DNA of 64,000 bases from Zancudomyces culisetae HAW-14-8 (lineage: Eukaryota; Fungi; Kickxellomycota). The DNA is taken from the NCBI GenBank assembly GCA_052426225.1, contig JBNJNM010000011.1:3410001-3474000 (forward strand), read 5' to 3'. Shown in pieces: positions 52,490-62,800 of this stretch (the stretch's first letter is position 1; every line of letters begins with the position of its first letter). The notes under the pieces are model-generated. The model was given only the letters and a program-made list of their open reading frames with translations, was not told the origin of the DNA and made no database searches. The position numbers and the translations under genes were made by a program.

Positions 52490-54428
52490 TTCAGATTTTT
52501 ATGGACAAATCGTATGATGCCTTTAAGTTGCCTTGTTCAATTTGTCTTTAGTATATTATATTTTATGTGGTAGCAAATAAGTGGGAAATCTATCAAGAAT
52601 TATGAATAACGATTCTTTTGAATGTTATCTAAATCACTGTTGCTTGCTACTTTTTGAAAAAAAATAACTGCTTAAAATGCAGTAAAATGCAATAAAAAGT
52701 TTTATGAAGTATCGAATTAGAAGTTCGGATTTCTGTATTTAATTTGCACATGCGCAGGTTGGTCCTAGGTTCTTGCGTTTGGAAATACATGATTTGATGC
52801 TGAAATCGATAATGGCTGTTCTTTGTAAGTATTGGTTATAACTGCAAAACTGGTCATCATTGATAAAATCGCTCTAGATGGGGAAGGGTGTTGGGTTTAA
52901 ATTAAGCTAATTAATTGGTGGTTGCAAACAGAGCTGGGAAATGCTTGTGAGTTGGGTTAAGGTGAGAAAACAGCACTTGGGATTCTGATTTTCTAATGCA
53001 GAGAAAATGCTCTATTAATAGGTGTAGAACGCATGCTTGCCATACAGTAAGTAGCCAGTTCATGTTGTAGAAAACCTTGTTGGAACATAACAGTTGAGAG
53101 GGGCATCATGGGTATCTTCACCAGCACTAATAATATATTTTTTAGCTTTGCATTTGATTATGAAAATAGCAATGTTGTGAGAATTCCAAATTTTCATGTA
53201 AAGGAGCTTCAGATACTAAATGTAGAAATTGATAACAAAATCGACTATAATGGAGGGGAAAGGGGAGGAAGATATAGGCATATGGAGATACAAATTATCT
53301 AATGTTGAAATATAAAATATAAATTTTGTGGGCTGATGACCGTTTCATCGACCAGGAATGGAGCAAGTAGTGAGCACTATTCTTTTAGTAGTTTGTGACT
53401 CAGGCTCTTAATTTTCCGATTTTACCAAAAACCGTAAATATTTCGATATCAAATGATTAGTATGGATTTACCACATTATATACTATTGAAAATTAACTGG
53501 ACAAGCATTCCAAGCTCCTATGCACTTCATATTTTTAAATGTAATGGATAATTTGCGAGAGTAGTTGCAAAAAAAAAAACAGCAAATGTGTTAAAGCCGA
53601 CAATGTTTTCGGTACACTTAGATTCCAAGAGCAGTTGGAGAGCAAATAGCCTGGAATCAGCTATACCATATACCTTTATCCCATAAACCGGAAAAGTGGT
53701 TCCCTTTATACTGAGCCTGCTCTATGCATAACAAAGGTAATATTTGAATGGTATTTAGGGATTAGTACCGAAAAAATACTGCTAATATATAAAGAAAAAA
53801 TAATCAAATGCTGTGTGAAAATAGTCACCAAAGCTTTTATACCAATCACTACACCTAGTTTGCCTTTTCTCAGTGCGTTGTATATTTCAGTTTTTTTCAC
53901 TAACAAACTACTGTGTAATAAAATAAAGCAAGTATATTTCACTTTTTTCCCCTTAGACAACACACTCAGAAATAGAACAAGGCCAAAAAAAAAGACTCGA
54001 AATGTAAATCCAAGAGAAGATACGTCAAAAGCTGTGTTTTTATATTTTTTTTCTTACCAAGATCATGGAATGATGACTATCCTTTGATATCTTGTCCATA
54101 CATTCTTTGATAAAATTGATGAAAAAAGAATTCTCAAATATCGTAGCCAGTAATATTCAAGAACTTTCTATGCTTAACCAGTTGGCAGGCAAAAGTGACT
54201 GTGTGGCAGCAAAGTCTTTTTGAAAGTGTCCAATAAACCATATTTGGCAAGTACAATTCATAACAATCGAAAGAATGTTACTAATGTAACTATTTCTTTT
54301 GCTCTTCTCTTTAACCATGCTTTTACTTTTATCGCTTTTTACAGAATTGGGTGTATGGAAAATGAAAAATATTTAACCATATAAAAGCAATACAAGCAAC
54401 TAATTCAATCACCTAGATAATCGCAAAG

Positions 54429-56763
54429 ATGAGATCGGTTATACTGGAAAGTCAGTCATTTCAGGATAAGGTACTAGGCTATCTGCAGATATCGGTTACG
54501 ATTGTTGTAATCCTGGGCTTACTCCTGGGCTGGTTGCTTTTGGCAATTATAAGGTCTGCAAGTCACGCCCTTGAGGACTTCTCAATGTTTAAAGTTGCTA
54601 AGGACCCAAAAGAAACGACGAATTCAATAGATCCTCGTCAAAGTTTAGGGCAGAGATTTAAGAAAAAATATGAAACTCTAGAGTTTGAATATGGCTCCAA
54701 AAGATTTGTGTTGTTTCCACTGGAATTTCTGAGTACAGTGAAGAAATACGAGAACAGGTTGTACCTGGAGCGAATCTCATCGGTGAGTTTAAATCGTCAG
54801 AAATAAATATTTTTATTGTGGGATTGTGGATATCAAAGTAGATAGTTTCCCAACACAAAAGCTTTCTTGAAAAATAAGACAATCTAAAAAGTTCATAATT
54901 TTGTTTAAATTCTCCATTTAGGCTAGAATCTACAGTGAAGAAAAAAAGAATAGATCGGTGAATGAAGAAAAAGTTAAGGAGGAACTATGGATGAGTTTTT
55001 TGATTTCGGCAAGCAGGGGGAAGGCATGGGAGGTAATGAAAAGGGATAATGCAGAAGAGATGTATATTCAGGAGTTATGTAGATGGGGAAACATTTTCAT
55101 CCATGAAGAGATTAAGGCTATGCACACGAGTGCTTTAGATAGAGGTATATTATCTATTTTTGTTATAAGTCAGGACGCGAGAGAGGGGAGGAGGGGGGGG
55201 GGTGATAGATATGAACATGCGATGAGAACGACTTTTTTTAATATAATCTGTGAAATACAACATAGACAGCCAAATATGTACAAATACACAAAAACTCATA
55301 AGGGTGGTTCTATCGAAATCAAGTAAGTTAATCGCAATTTATCATTAGATGTGTGTATATTACAAAACCAAAAGTATTGGATGCCTTAAAACTAACAATA
55401 TGAAACACCTGTGGTATAGTATTGTCTCCAATAATTGACCCAGTAAGCAAAACATATAACTCTCAAATACACAAATACGTTTAGCATAATATTATGTAGT
55501 ATTATGTAATATTATGGCTAAAAAGTAGAATAAGGGGGCTACAAAATGATAGGTAATTTTAAAATAGAGCGATCACCGATTTGAGGAGATTCATGAAGCC
55601 TTTTTAAAACTTTCAGACTTTTCTCTCTGGTCGATCAAATTGGTGGGATTTTTTTCGATGAGCTTCATAAGGTAAACCAGAAGAGTAATGTGGTTTTTAT
55701 TGCCCTGTATAGTATAGCAAAGTATTTACGGATGGTTGAAAAATGATGGTGATAAAATTTCGTTTTATTTATTAACTAGGAGGCTGGCAAAATGGCTAAC
55801 CGACAGTCAGTTGCAAACGTTGAAAAAGATTATAGCCGAGCTAATGAAAAGCTTGGAGCTTCCAAGGCAACAAACATGTTCTAAAAGAGAGCTTGAACAA
55901 GAGGTGATATATCGGTTGTTGACATTGTATAGTGAGACATTTTTTTTGCTGGTGACAAGTTTTTATGATCTGGCGACACGACCGGAAATTAGAAAGTCGG
56001 TGCGAGGAGGGAGCGAGAGAGATGGAATTGGTGGCAACGATTACAGTAAGCAATGATACATGTTTAAGGAGTAATGTGTATATTCTGCAGATTCTAAAAT
56101 TTGAATTTCAAATGTAGAGGGGAAAAAGAACTTTGACTGGCTAAAAGCGTGTATTTTGGAATCGTACAGGCTATGCCCCCCGATCTGTTCAGCTCTATGG
56201 GTAGTGCGCAAGTCGACGGACATCAGTATTTATGAAGATATGGGCGAAGAGGTAGTTGCGATAAAGGACTTGGAGGTCGGTGAGCTACTCGGGTTTTGTT
56301 CACCAGCGGTTTACAAATCGAGACATCCGCAAGCAGATGGCGTAAGCCAAGAAGGCAGTAGTGGGGGAAATTCCAACAAAGAAACCAGGAGTCTGTTAGC
56401 AGATGTAGATCTGTTGGAGCTGTATTCGCCTTTAAAAAATTGGGAAAACAATAACCTGTTTCAAAATGTGAGCTGGGTTTGATTTATATAGTTACGAATA
56501 TGTAGATGTAGATACACAGTTAATTAATATTAAACGGCAAAGCTAACAGATAGTGACGAAAAATTGAATAGGATTTATTGGTGGCGAATCAGCCCGAGCA
56601 GGTACCGAATCTGGTGGTAATCCACCACTTTCTTTCCTCGATATTGCAAAAAGCGGATTTTTCTACCTTTGAATGGGGGAAACCAGCACTCCGAGAAATG
56701 TTTCTTTTGTACCCAACACTGCACAACTCATCTATGATTTTTAAATTGCACGAGAAAAATTAG
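54429..56763 (+). CDS. Cytochrome P450-fold membrane protein lacking the heme-ligand Cys, ~522 aa; exons 54429-54782, 54922-55144, 55266-55322, 55420-55442, 55568-55671, 55780-56045, 56118-56467, 56572-56763
   Basis: Seven GT-AG introns give one 1569-nt frame. N-terminal TM anchor, I/J-helix YSET..FYDLATRPEIRKSVR, K-helix WLKACILESYRLCPP (ExxR) and L-helix IHHFLSSILQKADF are present; there is no FxxGxRxCxG. Confidence 0.75.
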
Positions 56764-56778
56764 AGGACAGGGCAGAGT

Positions 56779-58635
56779 TTATTTTAGCTTCCAGATCTGT
56801 AGGTAGGATTCCGAAAGGGGTATCAGCTGTGGAATTATTGGCTGGACATCTAGATCACATATCCGGTACCACTGGTTGGTAGAGGGATCACGTACATGCA
56901 TCACATACTGTCCTCCCAGAGGTAATACGGTTACACCACTTTCATTTTTAGCTTTGAGGTCTACGTTCTTTGTGCCTACAGGAGCGCCCAGAATCTGGTT
57001 ATTTCCATACAATTCAGTGGTTGTACTTCCAAACGAACTTCGCTCTCCAGAACTTTGGAATGCGACTGGCGGGAGCTTTGTAGCCTTTTGGACGTTAATT
57101 GCGTTCGTGATTGCGCTTTGTTTTTTAAGGTTGCTGAAGGCATTGTTGTTATTGTCCTGCTGCTCATGCGACGATGACTTGCTTTCATATGCTATATTTA
57201 CAAACAAGTCGTACAACCGCGACTTTGCCTTTTTGCTTTGGTATTTATTGTCCTTTTCGGAAATCAAATCTCCAAACGCTACATTCTGGGTAGGAAAGTT
57301 TACTATGGTCGGGTTTTTTTCCAGCATAAAGTTGTTTTTCTCGAATCGTTTTATATGAATTATGATATACTTTGGTAAGCTCAATATATCATACTGCTTG
57401 GCATGCCCCTTTAGTTCCTAAGAAATAGTTTTGTTGCCACGATTTTTTTGTAAAATTTAAAATTCCGTAACATTTTGTAGGGAATATAAGCATTTTCTTG
57501 TAAAAATAAATAAATAGGAATTTAAAGAAACCCGACTTACCACAGAACAACTCCCGTTGTATTTTTTCAATAGCGTGACCAATGGAATTTGCGGAATGAC
57601 TATTTCGCCCTCGTCTCTAAATAGAGGTGGAGGAGGTAGTTCCAATCCCAAGATCAAAAATTTGTTTTCTTTCCTTTCTACTTTGTTGTCAAAGTCTATT
57701 TCTATCGGGTCCTCCTGTCGTTCTCTGAGTTTTGTCAGCTTTAGGTCTTGCGTAATTACTCTTATAAGCCCTTGGAAGTTACCAATGATCGGGTTACTCC
57801 TTTTCTCCTTTTTTACATTCTTGTCCTCGGTACTCGTTTTAATTTTTTCTTTGAGTTTACTTGCTTGTTTGAAATCAAAGTTAAGTGTGTTCAAAAACCA
57901 AGTGAGAAATTCTGCCGCATCGCACTGGTACTCTCCTCGAAAACTTCCATTACTTCGTGTGATAACTTCCTGGACAAATTCGTGGGGGCTAACATGAGAT
58001 TTAAAATTAAAAGTATGCCACATCTTTCTGGTTAACAAAGAAAACTGTTTTATCAATTCTGAATAGCAAGTACTCCATTCATCCTGGTTGGTGTTTGGTA
58101 GTAACAACATTAGATTACGTATTTCAGGAATATGAACGAGGGCTTGAATAATCACGTTAATGTAGTCGCTGTTTTTAATGTTGTTTAAGCCAATATACCC
58201 TGGGGTAAACCGTTTATTATTCAAATCCACACCCCTGAGCTCCACTGTATCGATTGCTGCCACTTGTTCCTCTGAGTACTTGGGTTCGATTATTGCTTTA
58301 ATATCGTTTAGTGAGGTGTCAAAGATTTCGTAATTTTCGGGCAAAATGTAAACTTTAAGAGTTTTTAGATTTATAAAAACTTTGTGGTCTTCATCAATAC
58401 TATGGATATATGCTTTTGTGTTTTTACCCCTACCTTGGTAATATTGTCCACATACTAGACAACAGTATACATTCAGATTGGAAAGTGTGACGCTACAGAT
58501 CTTTTCAAAGTCAAAATCCAACACCTTTCGATTGACTGTGTCTAAATAAAGATCTAACATTTCGATTTCGCCTTTTTTTGTTGTTTTGTGCGTCAAGCCA
58601 TCTTCTTGGGCTGTTTCTAATTTTCTTTTACTCAT
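56779..58635 (-). CDS. SAD1: U4/U6.U5 tri-snRNP protein Sad1/USP39; exons 57541-58635, 56779-57417
   Basis: YLDTVNRKVLDFDFEKICSVTLSNLNVYCCLVCGQYYQGRG (UBP zinc finger), PGYIGLNNIKNSDY, FKSHVSPHEF, EKNPTIVNFP, LSESYLQIW. Confidence 0.96.
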
Positions 58636-59430
58636 TTTGTCCCTGCTTTTCTTCTTTTTTTTCCTGTTCGCTTTCTTGTTCGTTATTGTTTTATTTTATT
58701 ACTACTAAAGCTTGTGTTTTAGCTTTTCAGTAGAGAAATAAAATATATTTTTGCAAAGTTGGATATATTTTTGTTTTATTTGTGTCTAGAATTATTTTTC
58801 AAGTAAAATTCGATTTTAATTAAATGTTTACATTAAACTGATTTCTTTATTATAAAATATTAATGAAGATTAAATGTACACTATTCCAAGTTCCATTACA
58901 ACCCAGCCCAAAGATATATTTAATTAATAAGGGGCTTAATACCATAGTTCTACTTTTTCATTTTTAAGAAATCTAAAGTAAAAACGCACACAATACAAAG
59001 AACACCAATATAAAAATGTAAAAAACCACAAGGTTAGCATGAATAAAAATGTCACCAGCAAAAAATGTCTGGTTAGGTATCTGATAAAGAAAAGTATAGT
59101 GAAATATAAATTATGACACTGAACATATATTTTATTGCTGCTGTGATATAAAAGATATACTTCAAGGTACTACAACTTGATTCAGGGGCCTTTCGAATTG
59201 ATAGGTTGTTTGTTCATAAACACGACATGTATTGTAGTTCAAACAGTCTACATAACTTAATATACTTAATAGATTTTCAAAACAACAAAACTAGATATAA
59301 AACTTGTAGAGCGAATAAAATCATACCAAAATGGTTAATATGTAGGTTATCCTCTTAAAAATCTATAAATTTGAGTTCAATAGTAAATGTATGTCTACAA
59401 AATAATATAATTAAGCTTTGTTAACAAAAA

Positions 59431-59754
59431 TGTCGTATAGAAATACGATTAGAAGGATAAGGGGAATTAGTCCCCGGTTTTATTTAAGTTGTTTTTAGTT
59501 ATATTTATATGTTTAGATTGGACCTTTTTCCCCTTGTGGTTTTGTCCAATGGTTTTTTATTAGTTAGTTATTTTAGTTTAATTAGTCAAATATTTGGGGG
59601 TTAAATGAAGCTCCCACTGGGAAGAAAAAATAAAATCATCTTTATTCACAATTAGAAAAACAGTCTATTCTAGTAAAAGTTTATTATTAGTATTATAAAA
59701 TAATACGATACAGTAAACCAAATTAAAATATATAACTATACTTTTTATTCATCA
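59431..59754 (+). repeat. Putative 5' LTR (TG...CA)
   Basis: Ends in CA one base before the PBS. The start at TGTCGTAT is inferred from the TG dinucleotide and a composition change; it cannot be verified because the 3' LTR is outside the window. Confidence 0.45.
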
Positions 59755-59755
59755 G

Positions 59756-59773
59756 TGGCGCTCCCAGCTAGGC
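59756..59773 (+). promoter_or_regulatory. Primer binding site TGGCGCTCCCAGCTAGGC
   Basis: Begins with TGG (complement of the tRNA CCA end), is GC-rich in an AT-rich context, and lies between the LTR-terminal CA and the gag ATG. Confidence 0.8.
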
Positions 59774-59807
59774 GTTAGACTGAAGCTCAGTTGTATGAAA
59801 GATCAAA

Positions 59808-62800
59808 ATGGATAATCTACATTTATTTGAGGCAGCTACAGGAGAGGATCCTGAGGAATGGGTCGCAAGTTTTGAATTGGTAGCTAAGCTTAATAAGTGG
59901 GATGCAGCAAATTGGGTGGAGTTTATACAACTATATCTTGGAAAGATAGAAAAATTATGGTATAAAAGGAACAAGGCTACATTTGAAGATTGGGCAGATT
60001 TTAAAATGAAATTTAAAGATAATTTTAGGATTAAAGAACAGAGATTCGAATATTTTGAGAAGCTTAAGGAGATTAAACAATCAAAATTTGAGACTATCGA
60101 AGAGTTTGAGTTTAAACTGGAAGAGATTTTGGAGAATGCAGGTATCAAGATAGATTCGGATAAAGTGGACTGGTTACTAAGTGCCTTAAACTTAGATGCT
60201 AGGACCGCAGTAAAAGAGTATGGAGCTAAAACATGGCAGGAGATAATACAGTTTTTAAAGAAGTTTAAAACATCTAATCCGGGCTCAGTGGAGGATTCAA
60301 ATAGAGATTCAAATACCACCATACAACCAAAAGTTAAAACTGCAGTTAGAGGCAAGTCAATAAAACAGATGACAAATGAACATCTGGGGTATGAACAAAT
60401 GGTGAAGAAGTGGGATGAGCTGAGTTTAAACTTGCTAAACAAAGTCGATCAAGTCATTGAGCAGAGGTTGAGAAATCAAAACAGACGATTTAGGAGTGAC
60501 CAACCTAGAGTAATGAAGTGTTACTACTGTCACCAGGAAGGGCATCGGAAATATGAATGTGTAAGGTTTCGTGAAGCGGAAAATCAAGTACAGAGCAAAG
60601 GTACAGACGTTAATATGATAGATATCCAGGACAGACCCGTAGAAAGAAGCGAAGTATTAGCAGTAGCCCGGCAGACAGCACAAACTAAACCAGAGAAGCC
60701 GTATAGCAGAGCAGCTAGCTACACCAGGATAGTACCAAGAGCCGAGGGCACAAATCAAGTTAGACCAAGGACAGTGGAGATGTTGGTGGACAAAGAAATG
60801 GAAGAGACACCAGCTAAGCAGAAGGTTACAGCCAAGGACAAAGTAAACGCAGTAGCAAAGCCAGTGGGTAAGGTCATGAGTAGTAAGACGCAAAGTGAAG
60901 AAGAAAACGGTCAAGGTTCACAAAGAGTCAGGAGCAAAGGAGTTTTAAAAATGGCCGAAGGTATAGAACCTTTTTCACTCAAGGAGCAGCTCGCAAAGTG
61001 GCGTCCTGACATAAGCCTACCTCAGTTAATGGAGATTTCGCCAAGTCTGACAACCGAAAGGAGTAATCTATGCAAGAGAACAAAAAATGCTGAGCTAAAC
61101 GAAATTAGACTAGAAGTACCAAGGATCACTAACTGTAAGATAATGGTAAAAATATTTGATAACGAATTTTGTGCAGTTGTAGATACAGGTGCCGCGTGTT
61201 CCGTGGCCACGCCAAGTCTATTGGACGAATGGGGTTTAATCGCAGAAGAGGAAAGTGACCAAATCATTGTTACTGCCGACGGGAAAAGGCACTACTCTTT
61301 GGGACGGGTAAATGAAGTGCCACTAATTATAGGAAGGTATCAGTTTCAGGTAAATGTAACTATCATGGAGAGAAGCGACAACACATTGATTTTAGGCACT
61401 GACTGGCTTCTAGAACACCAGGCACATATAGACTTGAAGAGCTCGGAGATGAGATTACCAATTGGTAACATGATGCTAATAGTACCGTTGTACACAACTT
61501 CTGGAAATGCCAGTGAGGAGTTTGAGACCTCGGAAGTTTACTACATGATCAAAGCACCTAGTATAGAGCAAACAACCGAAGAAGGATATGAGGACAAGCG
61601 GTTTGAGGAGATGCTAGAAAAAAATGTGGATCTTTTTGCAGAAGAGATAGATGACCTGACCCAAACACGCGTAACAGAACATCGAATAGTGTTGAACGAA
61701 TCTACCCCTATCAAGCAGAAGCCCTATCGGATACCGCACCACCTACTCCAACAAGTCCGAAACGAGCTAAAGACAATGGAAACCAATGGCGTTATATCTC
61801 CGTGCGTATCAGAGTGGTGTTCGCCAGTCGTAGCTGTCTGGAAAAAAAATGGAAAGCTACGTATCTGCGCGGACTACAGGAAACTAAACAGCGTAACTAA
61901 AAAAGATTGTTACCCTTTACCGACCATCGAGGATATCTTTATGACACTGTCCGGGTCCAAGATATTTAGCAGCTTGGATGCCCGCAGTGGATTTTGGCAA
62001 ATTAGGATGAACTTGGAGGACAGAGACAAGACAGCATTTTCGATTCCTGGGAGCGGCAGCTACTGTTATAATGTCATGCCATTTGGCTTGAGTAACAGCC
62101 CCGCTTCATTTCAGAGATTAATGGAACAGGCATTATCCCCAGTGCTCTGGAAGACAGCGGTAGTCTTCATCGACGACATAATTATATTCTCGGAGACATT
62201 AGATCAACACTTAGCGGATCTACAAGAAGTATTCAACTTACTGAGAGAGAGTCAAGTACAGTTACATAAAGGGAAATGCAAGTTAGGGATGAAGAGATTG
62301 GAGTATCTAGGGCACGTAATCTCAACGGAGGGAATAAGCACGAGTCCTAGTAAGATATCAGCAATGATGGAAACAAAGGAGCCTACATCGGTCAAAGAGT
62401 TGCAAGCATTCCTAGGACTAACGGGATACTACCGTAAGTTTGTAGTAGGGTACGCTACAACAGTTGCTCCTCTACTTAAGCTGCTGAAGAAGAATTGTGT
62501 GTGGTCCTGGACAGAGGAATGTAGTGGTGCAGTGAAGGAGTTAAAAGATAAACTATGCGAGGCACCCACACTCTCACATCCAGATTGGAGCAGAGAGTTT
62601 ATAGTTACGACTGATGCTAGCGTACAAGGAGTAGGTGCCATACTGTCACAGCAATTTCAAGAAGGAGAACGACCAATATCATATGTTAGCAGAATAACTA
62701 ACCAGCACGAGAAAAACTACTCCGTTTCGCATCTCGAAGGACTGGCCGTGATCTGGGCCGTTAGCAAGTTCAAGTATTATTTATATGGTAAACATTTCGT

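Noticed and set aside
54077-54344. U12-type intron (TATCCTTT and CTTTAAC-like words) and U4-like AATATCGTAGCCA
   Set aside because: The 5' site begins with C rather than GT/AT, and the U4 similarity does not extend beyond about 12 nt.
59768-60442. 224-aa ORF antisense to gag (also 56876-57358 and 57557-57997 antisense to SAD1)
   Set aside because: F/S/L/I-rich mirror of purine-rich sense codons; no independent coding evidence.
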